A DNA stretch of 62,143 nt, filler included, from Asterionella formosa (GCA_002256025.1; 29 parts of 29 records of this genome joined end to end with filler, not necessarily neighbours in it); one strand, 5' to 3'; positions 25,842 to 38,690 are shown, numbered from the whole stretch's first letter. The notes: a model not told the origin generated them from the sequence alone. Made by a program: numbers and translations.

Positions 25842-25933
25842 CTTCATTGTCCTGGGCCCCCCTTAAGTAAAATCAGTCAAATTCAGTCACGGCAGTGTAC
25901 ATTGGGGGGTCCAGGACAATGAAGTATACGGTA
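25842..25933. repeat. pogo-family TIR (25904-25931, followed by TA) with an internal inverted copy (25842-25862)
   Basis: GGGGGGTCCAGGACAATGAAGTATACGG|TA matches the TIR at 14056-14081; CTTCATTGTCCTGGGCCCCCC is its near reverse complement. Confidence 0.8.
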
Positions 25934-28537
25934 TATGTATATGGCTGGGTGCAATTTCTGGGGCCACGAGGTAAACCCCATTGGCCAAGTATAAGCAAAA
26001 CCCCTGACCCTATGTATATAATATTTTGCGCCTAAAAACCCTTCTTGTTAAAATCACATTGACCATGTTGGTATTATTCTGTTGGTTTATGTTAAAGTAT
26101 TACCTTTTTGATAGATCTATATCGTTAGACAAAGAAGACTATAGATAGTGACGTTCGTTTCTCTTTCCATTTCTATATTCTTATTGTGAGTTTACAAATC
26201 TAGTTTAGGTTGTTCTGTTTGAACAAACAAACAAACTATTCTCCAAATGCTGTTTGCATTTCTAGAAACATACAATCATAGATAGACCCATATCTATCTC
26301 ACACTTACTGATCATAGGTTTTTAAACATGATCATTCATTTTCAAACTATCGGTCTTCCGAAATAGCTTATTTTGTCTGGCTCATTATAGGCGGAGTAAC
26401 AACATAAAATGTGTGGTTGATGAGAGTTTGGTACATCAAATTTGACTCATTCGAATCGTTCGACTCGTTTGACTCAGAGTCATAACTACGTAGATAAGCT
26501 CACTTTAACAGGTTTGCACAACAATTTTACAACCTCCTGTGCCCCTTGATTTATCAACATAATCACCATGATCAGTGCTATCAGTTAAGGCATCAAGCGG
26601 CACCGGAGCACAAAATTTCGTTTCTATATAGGACCTATTTAGTGTTTAGCATGTCAAATCCATGCCTACATGACCAACCAATTCATGAGCAAATACTCTT
26701 GAGCTTGACAGTGGTGGACAGTCTGGAATTGAAAATGTACAGGGATGCATCAAATATGGTCCTATAGCAGATAGAATGAGGCTATTATAACAACGATTTC
26801 CCAACCATTACTGTGCAATGGACTTCAATTTCAAGTTCATCATGACTGAACTCAACCATGACAACAGCGAGATTGGATGATAAAAAAATAGTTAAATACA
26901 TACATAAAATTTCTTCATATTTATGTTATTTATGTACAAAATTTTACTTACATTAAAATTATGTTCCACTCCTGATAGCTACGGTGGCTAGTACCCAATG
27001 TAGTTTCAGGATGATGCACCCAAGAACCATGGGGTTATCTGTAGAGGTGCTTCTTGCTGAAGGCGATTCCCGCTCCAACTATTGTCTTGACATTCCGTTA
27101 CTTTTAAAGCAAATTTTTTTTATGGGCAATATGGGGCACATCGAAGTTTTTGGCATGAAAATTGCCGATTTTAGCATGACAGCCAAAATAACGGTAATAG
27201 TAGAAATGGCAAAACAAGCGTAAAAAATACAAGAATGATTGTAACATGCAACATCAATGAAAATTGAACATGATGTTTGGAGCAACCAAAGTATAAAATG
27301 CGATGTAATAAATAGCGTCCAAAATGAGAAACAGAAAATATTTTTGGGTTATTTTATTTGTAGCACTTACACAGGCATTATTTACTTTCCATCACACAAT
27401 CGAAGAGCGAAACAAAACAGACGAGAAAAAAAGCTGAACCCAATTGAGATCTGCATCATTATGGGCTGTAGCATAGATGATCCGGTTGCTGCAACAACCA
27501 TGAAAATCGCTGTAGTAGCCTGACACAAGTTGCAGTCCTCCTGCCCACAGTCATTCCTCCCACCAAACAACCCTCATAATTCCATTCCAATTTATTCTGA
27601 TTAAGTAGGATCTCCAGGCTGCTCAAGCACTATTGACTCCCTCTAGCTGAAAAAAAGCACAATGGTACTGGAAGATCTCACTGCCAAGAACCAACAACAC
27701 AAGGCATAATGATAATCACATCTACGATTTCATGAAGAAATACATTGTTAGCATAATACTACTTCTTTACATTGTAGCTTCAATGGCGATTTGATTGTTT
27801 GATTGATTGTCGACTAGAAATAGTTCAGCTTTACTTGTGAATACTATGACATANNNNNNNNNNNNNNNNNNNNNNNNNNNNNNNNNNNNNNNNNNNNTTA
27901 ATTAATTAANNNNNNNNNNNNNNNNNNNNNNNNNNNNNNNNNNNNNNNNNNNNGTATCCTCTTGCTTCACTTACCACAAATCAATGCAACTGATGCATAA
28001 GTCTGTAATAGTAACTTGTCAGTAAATTCTTGAATAAGTAAGTTTCGGGTATCCAATGTTGTTGAATAAAACTTACCGGTACATTTTTGTCATCTTAGCT
28101 AACTTTGAGAGAAGGTAAACGTTTTGTCAGCTTTGTTCCAACAGAAGTAAATAGGTCCAACGAGCGACAAGAGCACTTACGCAATTTGGTTTTGTTTTAC
28201 GTTGGTGCTCCCCAACAAGCGAAACGAGCTGTTGAATCAACTGAGAAAAAAGGAAATGTGCCTGCGTTTAGTTAACAATTTGTTGTTGTCCTGCCTCCCA
28301 ACGATTGTCATCCAAGTAGCTACCACATTGATGGCTTCATTACCTTAAACATTCTCCATCCTTCGAATGCGCAATGTGTCGAAGTCACAATGTTTTTTGT
28401 TATGTATTGTGAAAATTTTCTTTTCTCTTAATGTGCTTTACTACGACGTATCTTTTCATGAAGCAGCAGGCATTGTTTGTTAACATGACAGAACGATTTC
28501 AAAAATATATATGCCATGAATATAGAAATAAAATTTG

Positions 28538-28540
<3 letters not shown>

Positions 28541-28570
<30 letters not shown>
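28541..28570. repeat. (AT)15 microsatellite
   Basis: Visible directly. Confidence 0.95.
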
Positions 28571-28573
<3 letters not shown>

Positions 28574-28937
28574 CTAAGTGTTATACATTTATAAAATTCA
28601 AACGCGCTCTCGATATGGAACATCTGATATGGTTGAGATGATCATACTCGCATATACATAATTCGAAAATACTCAATGCACTACATGTCCATTGTTTTCC
28701 ACGACTACGTGTACCGGAATTGTTTCTGAAATTTGTTTGCATCGATATTTTCTACGTCCGTTGAAACTAATCATTTAGACCGTTAAATAGCCGCCAGGGT
28801 TTTGGTAGCAAATTGTTTAAGCCCCTTTTTTGGTCGGGAGCTCTTCATGTGTACCGGTACATCATACCGGTATGACAATAACAATATATCATATATATAT
28901 ACAGAGTACCAGTAGCAGGTAGTAAGTGATATACTGG

Positions 28938-29362
28938 GGGTAGTCGGAGTAGTAAACTAGCAACAGAACACCATATGTTCAGGACTGTTGCTACTGCAGT
29001 GGGACAGTAAATCATCATATTTTTAGGATCGTATGATCGTAAAAAACACCATATTTTTATGACTGTTGTAATTACATTGGGACAGTAAATTATCATAGTT
29101 TTAGGATCGTATGATCGTAAAACTAAAAACAAATAGAATACCATATGTTCATGACTGTTGCAATTACAGTGGGACAGTAAATCATCATAGTTTTAGGATT
29201 GTATGATCGTGAAACTGAAAAGCGGTACCGGTAGTTGGAGTAATAAGCAAGCAATAGAACACCATAGTACTAAATCATCATAGTTTTAGGATTGTATAAA
29301 TAGAACACCATATACATATGTCTATGACTGCTGCTACTACAGCGGGGCAGTACCGGTAAATG
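28938..29362. repeat. Degenerate tandem repeat, ~80-95 bp units (AACACCATATGTTCAGGACTGTTG...GGGACAGTAAATCATCATAGTTTTAGGATCGTATGATCGT)
   Basis: Three near-complete units plus partial ones are visible. Confidence 0.85.
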
Positions 29363-29369
29363 AATTTAA

Positions 29370-29741
29370 GATCATCGAACTTTAAGGAAGACAACGACAA
29401 CAGCTGGTCGTGTTGCTGGTCCACTTTTAATGGCCGAAGAAGGAAGCGACGAAAAGATCACCATTACGAGCGGAACGAGAGAAATCGCTTACGACGCCAA
29501 GTCTGGACGATTCTTTGAGAATAACTTGCAGGAAGAAGAATGCATTCCTGACGAGGAATACTGTGTCGTCGATCCGGAAAGTGGGGAACTCATTCGTCTC
29601 ACAGTAGCCGAAAAGGAGCGTATCTTTCTGGACGCGCTTCAGTCCTACTATGCCACTGGAAGGCAAATGCTCAAGGATGATGAGTTTGACCTATTGAAGG
29701 AAGATTTGCAATGGAACGGATCTGAGCATATATATAGCTAA
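29370..29741 (+). pseudogene. PGRL1: PGRL1 (PGR5-like 1) N-terminal fragment, truncated before the transmembrane domain
   Basis: EYCVVD...LTVAEKERIFLDALQSYY-TGRQMLKDDEFDLLKEDLQWNGS matches the PGRL1 pattern EFLQALQSFYY-GK---SNEEFDNLKEELMWEGS. Similarity stops at ~29725 with no GT donor; only part of the transit peptide is present. Confidence 0.75.
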
Positions 29742-30179
29742 AACAAGGAAAGACGACACGACAATTAACGTGATGACTGGTTGTTGAGGATACCGGTATG
29801 TGATATGCATCAATCCATATCACAAATCATATTATAGTGATGTACATATCAACACATCCGTATACTTAGATCATATCCACTGTATAATACTATCATATTA
29901 ACTGTTGACTTTAACTGTATATATTAAACGACAAACATATATATTAATTAACATACTTTATGATTGCTTGATTTATATTCTGTGATGTATCGATAACACT
30001 NNNNNNNNNNNNNNNNNNNNNNNNNNNNNNNNNNNNNNNNNNNNTTAATTAATTAANNNNNNNNNNNNNNNNNNNNNNNNNNNNNNNNNNNNNNNNNNNN
30101 GCTTCTGCTATATTCTACCGGTAGTTCGATTCTATTCTATTCATTGAACTCTAGTCGCATTGAATTCCTGGTAACAAGC

Positions 30180-31652
30180 ATGGGTCGCAAGAAACGAAAG
30201 AATGACGACTTAGATCCTCCCGTTGCGGCGTCCGGGGCAGAAACGGAAGCAGAGACTCGTGATGAGCTAATGGGGGCCATACAAATAATAAAACAAGAAT
30301 CGACTCCAGAGGAGCCACTCGCAGCAGCTACGAGTGTTTCTGATACTCCTGCTGTTGTCGCGGACGATGGAGACAAGAAAGAAGACGCTCCCGTCGCCAG
30401 TAATAGCTATGGCTTGCACGCCCACTCGGCTGACATTGTCGACGACGACGTTTACATCTCTGATGGATCAGAAGACGAGGCCGATATGGAAGCAGAAATC
30501 GTATTGGCTGGCTCGCGCATGGGGGTCATGAGACGAGGACTTCATCATCCATTGTTAGTGCAGCCCACTCGACAATGGAAACGAGAAGAGACCGCCCCCA
30601 GTGAAATGGCGGAAGATGCAGCAGCTGCTACCCAGGAAGACAACGATGATTTAGCACAACTTGATCCAGCGCAGCGAGCGGCAAGATTGTTGCAAGAAAA
30701 ACAAAGGAAACTACAAGAGGCCAAGGAAGCAGCCAGACGAATGGAATCCGAAGAGAATGCTGGGAGAGATCCGTGTCTATTTAGCAAAAGAACAGCATTT
30801 GACATTCGCATGGACCAGGTTGAAGACAAGCCATGGACTCGAGGTGACATTACAGATTTCTTCAATTACACACTAACCGAAGAAGATTGGATGGATTACA
30901 GTACACAGCAATTGGCCATTCGTCAGGAATTGACAGATGCCATTCGACAGCGACGCCCTCCAGATCCCAACATTGTTCCTGTTACCGCGAGGGCACCGGC
31001 GAAGCAGACACCAAAGGTAGCTCTTGCCGGTGAATCTGCGGAAGGTGGAGAAGATTCAGGTATGGGAGACGAGGATTCACCGGTCATTGGGCCTTACATG
31101 CCACAAGGAGGTATAAAAGAAGAAGAGCCTATATTGAAGGCAGAGGCGTTGGAAGAGGGAACGGACATCCAGCATTTAGGCAGTGGGGGCGCCTGGGGAG
31201 CTGGGGCGGCTCCTGGCTCGTTGTTAGCCAGATTGATTGAGGAACAAGAAAATAGGGGTCAGTCTCCAGTTTCGTCAATCGTGGAGCCGCCTCGTCAATA
31301 TGAAGAAGAATCCTATCACGAACCAGAACAGCAACACTATGGGCGTGTGCATGACGATCGTAGTGGATATGACAACTATGGTGGTGGCTACGACCGGTAT
31401 GGTGTGCAGCAACAGGCATATTTCGCTAGCCGAGGTGGATATGGAGTTCATAGTGATGGTGGTGACTACGAGGATAGAGCTTACAGTGGTCCTCCTCCTC
31501 ATTGGCCTGGCCATGGAGGTCGAGGAGGCCCACCTCCTTGGGCAGGACGAGGTGGTCGTGGACGCGGTCGGGGAGGTTATGGTAGTATGGACGAAGCCCA
31601 CTCTAGAAAGCGAAGCCACGATGACCATTATGGTGGTGGTGGGTGGAGGTGA
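30180..31652 (+). CDS. FIP1: FIP1-domain pre-mRNA 3'-end processing factor (490 aa, intronless, complete)
   Basis: Fip1 motif FDIRMDQVEDKPWTRGDITDFFNYTLTEEDWMDY, acidic N-terminus, RGG/Pro-rich C-terminus; the real ATG is at 30180. Confidence 0.92.
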   Translation: MGRKKRKNDDLDPPVAASGAETEAETRDELMGAIQIIKQESTPEEPLAAATSVSDTPAVVADDGDKKEDAPVASNSYGLHAHSADIVDDDVYISDGSEDEADMEAEIVLAGSRMGVMRRGLHHPLLVQPTRQWKREETAPSEMAEDAAAATQEDNDDLAQLDPAQRAARLLQEKQRKLQEAKEAARRMESEENAGRDPCLFSKRTAFDIRMDQVEDKPWTRGDITDFFNYTLTEEDWMDYSTQQLAIRQELTDAIRQRRPPDPNIVPVTARAPAKQTPKVALAGESAEGGEDSGMGDEDSPVIGPYMPQGGIKEEEPILKAEALEEGTDIQHLGSGGAWGAGAAPGSLLARLIEEQENRGQSPVSSIVEPPRQYEEESYHEPEQQHYGRVHDDRSGYDNYGGGYDRYGVQQQAYFASRGGYGVHSDGGDYEDRAYSGPPPHWPGHGGRGGPPPWAGRGGRGRGRGGYGSMDEAHSRKRSHDDHYGGGGWR

Positions 31653-31934
31653 TAATATACTTAATATTAACACGATTATTTCCCCAAACAATGCTTCATG
31701 CGTGAATTGTATTTTTTTGTTGTCGTAAGTAGTTATGCACACAAAAATCGATAAAACTTTTACTTCTTTCAATTCCTTAGACGTAGATGCCTGCTTTCTT
31801 GTGACATCTGCTGGGAAGATACTTATTTTGTAAGGTTGTTAGGGCTCTTCGCTATTCTTCTTGTCTACAGCGCATCCATCGAACAATGAGAAGGTAGAAG
31901 CGCGGCTCTTGATCTAGACCGCAATTCTCAGCAA

Positions 31935-32146
31935 GAACATACTTACATGGTCCTCCAACAATGCAAAGAGAATCTGCAACCTTTGCATCAGCCAGGATAA
32001 GGAAGCTCCATGTCTATGTAAGTATCAATTTGCTTCTTTGTTTGTTTCCAGCGCCCCCTGAAGTCAATATCATCTCGCAAGTAGCCACATTGTTGTGAAT
32101 ATGTTGACGGATATTTTCGTAGACTGCGTGTTCCACCATCAGACCA
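31935..32146 (-). pseudogene. CryptonS-like tyrosine recombinase remnant, copy 2
   Basis: GTRSLRKYPSTYSQQCGYLRDDIDFRGRWKQTKKQIDTYIDMELPYP-DAKVADSLCI-GGPCKY, homologous to 18200-18400. Confidence 0.75.
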
Positions 32147-33504
32147 NNNNNNNNNNNNNNNNNNNNNNNNNNNNNNNNNNNNNNNNNNNNTTAATTAATT
32201 AANNNNNNNNNNNNNNNNNNNNNNNNNNNNNNNNNNNNNNNNNNNNTCCCAGATCCCAGACCCTTCTTGAATTTCACTTGCTACAGAAAATGGAGAACGG
32301 CCGCCATGATCTGTTGATTGTTGCTGTATGGCTGGTGCCACTGACCAAGCAAAACCTCCAAAAATCTCAATGAGTTGCTTGTTTATTGACTTGAATGCAA
32401 AAGGGATCAAACCAGTGGAAAAAGCAAAAAGGGAACTAAAAATGCTATGCAAACATCGTCAGGACAATTGTGAAAGAGAAATGAAGGTTCTTGGACATCA
32501 GGACAATTGTGAAAGAGAAATGAAGGTTCTTGTTAGGAGAAGTAAAGTGATAATTGCTTCTGGTCTTGCTGGAACAAGAATGGATTGACCCAAACAAGCA
32601 ATGTTGACAAATAGGTACCTACCGGAAAAGGAAGCAATGCTTTCGGCATCATCAATCTATACACAAGCCTTCGCCACTTGACATCAATATACTAGCTACC
32701 TCGACTTCATCAATGAAGAAGTCAATGGGTGGAGCATGTGAGGAAAATCGGGGTTGAGGTTTTGTTGACGCCAACGTGCGTGGCTGAACTTGCAGATGAA
32801 GGCATTGAGTAACCTGGGCCTGTGAAAGCCAAAGGAAAAAGAAAAATCTATGACAAGGGTGGTGAGATAGTGTTGTAGGAGGGGGGAGCAAAAGTTATCA
32901 AAGCTGAACGCATTCAAAACTCGTATAGACAATAAATGGTGGCATAACCTTGGCTGCTATTGGCTGACAGATGCCAAGGCAAAGTCAATGTACAAAGACA
33001 ACGAGGGTGCAAAAAGACAGTCCCGTTTTAATCGACTGGTTGATACATAGTTTTGAGACTCACCATTCTGCAATGGGGTGGACTTTGATCATTGCTTTGT
33101 TCGAAGCACAATCAATTCGAATGCTATCCAGTGAAACAGCCAATGAAAACAATTGTGGCGAAAAAGCGCAGAACAGATCAAGAGATTTCATAGGAATTAA
33201 AATAACAGGGCATATATGATGCACTGCTCCTTGTGTAGACTAGCTATATTTGATCATTTCCATATTTCATACTATACAGGTGCAGCATGGATGATTCCTC
33301 CCGCCCTTTCATTAGATATGCAACCATGTTGCGATAATTCTACAGGACCTATAGGATTGGTAGTCTGGTGGTCATCATTTCCGCATTGTATATACCAGTA
33401 GGAGTCATGTATGCATGCATGCTGCGATAATTCTTACAAGACATAAAAATTTGGTAGCTTGGGGGCTATCACTTCTGTACTGTATACAGGGAGGAAGGGG
33501 TTGC

Positions 33505-34285
33505 ATGCATGAGCAACTACTCCGTATAAACTATGATCTTTAATCAATAATTTTTGATTCGTTTATCCTTTACCTTTGATCAAAAAATATTGATCATATG
33601 ATAAACGGTGTCGTTGATGAGAAAATGAAAGATCAAAATTTATTTTCAAGAATCAGGATTAATTGATCTTAGAAATATGATCAAATGATCCTAAACACAT
33701 GAGCATATTCAGTTTTCCGCTGCACTATTGTGGCATTCCCATGATAGAAGTAATTCCCAGCAAGTATACAGTACTACTGGTAGGCCATATGAATTTTGGT
33801 CAATATGTCTATATACATAAATGTGGGGCGGAATCAATTGATGGTAAGTCAAGAGCAAATGCCTTTCATGTTCCTTGTCATGCATCCACTTCCTGAAATG
33901 AAGGATCTCAAGCAACCCATGATGCGAAAAACTGAAGTGACAATAGAGCACAATGATACACCATGCGGCTAAGAATGAGTGAATATGACGGAGAAGGGCG
34001 GAATCAACAAGCTGTGCATAGTATCTCGGCCTGTAAAGAGCAATTTCCAGGATGATCAATTGCTGGGATTACAAATACGGAATGACTCATCCCCTTTCAG
34101 TGATTCAATAGCTCCTTTTCGATTCAGAGGCTGGCCAACCATCAATGTGGACAAAAGAAATCGGTAAGTGCTATCAGCCATCTTTGGATCAATCCACAAC
34201 TGTTAGAAAAACTGACACATATGTGTTGCTTCTCTCAGGATACTGGTAGTCAAACAGTATTTGTAAGTTACAAACAACAGCAGCA
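33505..34285. repeat. Dispersed repeat of unknown class with a GATC-rich segment; inverted homologue at ~35230-36445
   Basis: ATGCATGAGCAACTACTCC...GAGCATATTCAGTTTTCCGCTGCACTATTGTGG...GAATGACTC..CCCCTTTCAGTGATTCAATAGCTCC is present reverse-complemented in the next contig, which has an extra ~450 bp inside. Confidence 0.75.
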
Positions 34286-35229
34286 TTGTAGNNNNNNNNN
34301 NNNNNNNNNNNNNNNNNNNNNNNNNNNNNNNNNNNTTAATTAATTAANNNNNNNNNNNNNNNNNNNNNNNNNNNNNNNNNNNNNNNNNNNNGGGTCCGGT
34401 TGCCGCAGGACCTCATTGGTGAGGGCCCAGCCAGGGGGTCAGGTGGGGAGGGAGACTACGTCTGTAAATAAAAAATATCATGAAAATATGATCAAGGGTA
34501 TCGTACCCTAAGTGGCACAAGATTTTCACATATATGATAGTTTTTCGATCAAAAATATGATCAATGTATCATATAATTATGATCATGTAGTAAACTTTTA
34601 CCGAGCTTGAAGTAAGATGAGACTATCATAGTTATAATATCATTGCATCATATAATTAGTTTAACATGGTCATATGATGTGTATACTTTTGTCATACATC
34701 TATCTTAGCATGATCGTAATTCTCATCGATATCACTGTCTAAAATAGGATGAAATTGATCGATATTTAGAACTATATTTAGCTAAGAATGGATCTATGAT
34801 TCTATCATATCTTAATTGGCTACAGAATGTTCTACAATGCTCTCATCGCAATGATTGTTGGTGCCGCTTTCGCTTCCACTTCCACCTCCCCCTCCCCCAA
34901 TCCAATTCTGAAGGTTGTTGTACTGGTGGCCTTGCCGTTGTTACCCTGCTTGCTTTGTTCCATTTACTCCTGACGGATCTGAGTTTGCATTCACGCATTT
35001 TCCTATTACTATTTAATCCGTTTCGTTGTCCCAATCATACTAACAAAGAGAAGCAATTCATTGTTAGGCAGCTGTTCATGTTTTGCTTACATAACAACAT
35101 TCATTTCGCTTCTATCTTGCTTCACTTACCACAAATTGAGGAAGTAACTGATGCATATTTCTGTAGAAGAATGTGTCAGTCGAAGATTGAATGAGAAGCA
35201 AAGTATCGATCAATAAATGGGCTCCAACA

Positions 35230-36445
35230 CTGCTCTTTGTAACTTACAAATACTGTTTGTCTACCATTATTATCCTGAAAGAAGCAACTCATATGTGTCA
35301 GTTTTTCTAACAGTTGTAGATTGATCCAAAGATGGCTGATAGGCAGCACTTACCGATTTCTTTTGTCCACAACCATTTATGGTTGGCCACCAGTCACCAA
35401 ATCGAAAAGGAGCTATTGAATCACTGAAAGGGGACGAGTCATTCCGTATTTGTAATCCCAGCAATTGATCATCCTGGATATGCTCTTGACATGCTGTGAT
35501 GCTATGCACAGCTTGTTGATTCCGCCCTTCTCCGCCCATCATATTCACTCCTTCTTAGCCGCATGGTGTATTGTCACTTCAGTTTTTCGTTGCTTGAGAT
35601 CCTTCATTTCAGGAAGTGGATGCAGCATGACAAGGAACACGAAAGGCATTCGCTCTTGACTTCTTAGTACCATCAATTGATTCCGCCCTTCTCTTCTAAG
35701 CCGCAAGTATCGCTCATTGTGCTTTATTATCACTTTCGTTTTCCGCGTCATCATCTGTGTTAATCCTTCAATTCAGGAGCAAAGTGTATGCATGACAAGG
35801 AACATGAAAACATGATTTCAAATGTTTCAGCCATGAATACATATATATAAAGATTTATGAGAAGTTTGAATGTATATAAAGTTGAACATTTGCATAGTTT
35901 GAAACACCCTCATGATATGGCACATCCTGTGTATACTTTCATCAATTTTGATTATACATAATTCAAATATATACAATGCATGATGAGTTCATAGTTTTCC
36001 ACAACCTGTTGAGTATTTTCAATTTTTGTTGTGTCAATTCTTGTACCTACAAGTCATTGGCTGATTTAATTAAGCCCCTTAATAAACGGGAGTCATCACC
36101 AATTTTTCAAATGGTCGAAATCATACATTTATGTATATTGACATATTGACCAAAATTCATATGGCCTACCGGTAGTCCTGTATAATTGCTGGTAATTACT
36201 TCCATCATGGAAATACCACAATAGTGCAGCGGAAAACTGAATATGCTCATGTGTTTAGGATCATTTGATCATATTTTTAAGATCAATTGATCCTGATTCT
36301 TGAAAATAAATGTTGATTGTTCATTTTCTCATCAACGACACCGTTCATCATATGATCAATATGTTATGATCAAAGTTATAGGATAAACGAATCTAAATTC
36401 ATTGATTAAAGATCATAGTTTATACCGGAGTAGTTGCTCATGCAT
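35230..36445. repeat. Inverted homologue of 33505-34285
   Basis: Direct reverse-complement similarity; the ORF track shows the same peptide QDDQLLGLQIRNDSSPFSDSIAPFRF in both. Confidence 0.75.
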
Positions 36446-36545
36446 NNNNNNNNNNNNNNNNNNNNNNNNNNNNNNNNNNNNNNNNNNNNTTAATTAATTA
36501 ANNNNNNNNNNNNNNNNNNNNNNNNNNNNNNNNNNNNNNNNNNNN

Positions 36546-36774
36546 TCAGAGCATCATCATGCTTGCTGTTGAACAAAATCCAGAATGGACTTGATAATGG
36601 ATGCTGTAGTGCGTGGCGACGGATTTTGCCACTTCTTCTTCTGACCTCATCAACAGTCAAACTTTCCCTGAACGATGGCGTCCTATTTACTGGTGGATAG
36701 CACATTGCTAACAGTAGCAATGTGATCATAATGTCATCATCATCATCATCAGGAGATGAGATGAAAGTCGACAT
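36546..36774 (-). mobile_element. N-terminus of a PIF/Harbinger-type (DDE_Tnp_4) transposase, truncated by contig end
   Basis: RRRSGKIRRHALQHPLSSPFWILFNSKHDDAL resembles the stramenopile Harbinger N-terminal motif RIPR--L--P--SPW--LY-S--D-ALIT. A duplicated TATTATCAGAGCGC at ~36931 and ~37015 may mark the terminus. Confidence 0.6.
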
Positions 36775-38394
36775 GGTCAGTGACCGACGATGATGAATAT
36801 ATAGAACTCATGCATATAATGAACAAGAGGCGGCATAGCATACAAGAGGATGCATCGATATGAAAATTTAACTGTTGAAAATTAAAGTTAAAAATATATA
36901 TAATGTCAGAGAAGTAATCTAAAATATCTCTATTATCAGAGCGCAAGGACGATATTATGTAGCAGATCACCAGAATAATTTGTGTTAAAATACACACATG
37001 ATTTAATTATTTTTTATTATCAGAGCGCTCCCACTAATGTGTGATAATTATACCCGTACCTTCATACATATTCTCCAACAATGGATATGTATGTACCATC
37101 ATATGTAGATAACCGCTCAAAATTTACTTTTACACGCATACATTTTGAACCATGTACTTCAACATGCAGTTTCGATTCGTTCTGCTGGGGAACAATCCAA
37201 TAGCACTATAGATTTCAAACCCCCTAATACTAGACCTTTGTTGTCATTATTCAATTTCTTCAAAGGGTACTTCACCATGTCTTTTGTTAGCCACGTTATT
37301 GTGTCAACTTTGTCTGCTACTAATAATTTAGCTAGCAATAGCAAAACTTGGTAAAACAACTCCTCCACCGTTAGCCTTTCTAGCGTCTACTTCTCTGACA
37401 TTGTTGTTTAGAACAAGCTTTACTAAATCCTTATCTAGAGACTTACAAATCACTCTGTGCTTGCTCGAGGTTTGGTACTTCTTCGGTTCATTATACTAAG
37501 TCGTAAGATCCGGAGAAATGAAAATGTGGTATATTGTGATGGTCTCAAGAGCATTTCAGGATGCATCTATGTTGACAGTACAAAATCACTAAATTGCTAT
37601 GGTGCGAACTAGTGTGCATGTTTACATTGGGATGTCGCACACAATCGCGCCGTAATCCACCTCAAGAAAAGCGTTAAAGGAAGCTATTATAAGTTGGAGT
37701 ATTAAAACTTACGTAATATCGTATATGAATATATAATGTTGGCCCAGCTAAACGAGGTAATTTTATTTTCTTCCAATGTGCCTCACTCAACATTTTCGAA
37801 GTCGTTTATCTCACCAAATGGAGCACAACATCGATCAGGCGTTAAGACATCCTATATGTAGATGCGTGAAGCAAATGACTTGTTCATAGTAAATATTGTC
37901 GTATTGCTAAAATTGAAAAAGTTTGTAGTACAAAATGTAAGATTACCCCGTTATAGTGGTCTAAGGCAATTTTTGACTGGTACCGGTACTCATTATTCTT
38001 TAAAATTAGATTTTGATAATAATTAAATTTATTGGCCAGCGCGAAACCGTTAGAATTTTCTTAATGTCTAAGTAATATTACTGGGGAGTCGAATATGAGT
38101 GCTTGCCGGCGCCGCGAAATGACCGCAACTTGCTGGTACCAGGTACCTGGTACCGTACATAGGAATGTGTCCCAGCAGCATACGTACGTAGTGTCGTAGT
38201 GTCATCATCCAACCTGCCTTTTTATAGTGCGATCAATTTTGATTGATCCAATACATTCCATCTGTTGCGGACGACATTTACTACATGATGACAACAGCAA
38301 TTATGAAGATGGACGACACAAATCAGTGCTTTTAATCAGAATCCGGCACAACATCTTATGAGATATACCATCAGTTGAAGCACTGTAATAAGAA

Positions 38395-38590
38395 ATGGGA
38401 GCTGTTTGTTGTAAAGGCGAGCAGCGCAAGGTTCTGGAGGAGGAGATTTTGTATACGCGTCTGGTGCAAGATCAAAAAGGCCGTGATTTTGCAGATAGCT
38501 ACGAAGTTGTCAAGGTCATTGGAGTGGGGTCGATATCAAAAATTTCCCTTATTACACCAAAGAAAAAAATGGCCGACAGCCGGCGCCCTT
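38395..38590 (+). CDS. 5' end of a Ser/Thr protein kinase (CaMK/CDPK-like) with N-myristoylation/palmitoylation motif
   Basis: MGAVCCK N-terminus; YEVVKVIGVGSISKISLI is kinase subdomain I. Confidence 0.7.
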
Positions 38591-38690
38591 NNNNNNNNNN
38601 NNNNNNNNNNNNNNNNNNNNNNNNNNNNNNNNNNTTAATTAATTAANNNNNNNNNNNNNNNNNNNNNNNNNNNNNNNNNNNNNNNNNNNN

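Noticed and set aside
28938..29362. CRISPR-like appearance of repeat arrays (also 15673-15816 and 50424-51272)
   Set aside because: Units are degenerate along their whole length with no unique spacers, no cas genes are present, and the context is eukaryotic.
32459..32532. 39-bp tandem duplication inside a short ORF (HQDNCEREMKVL x2)
   Set aside because: A simple local duplication in degenerate sequence with no recognisable protein family.
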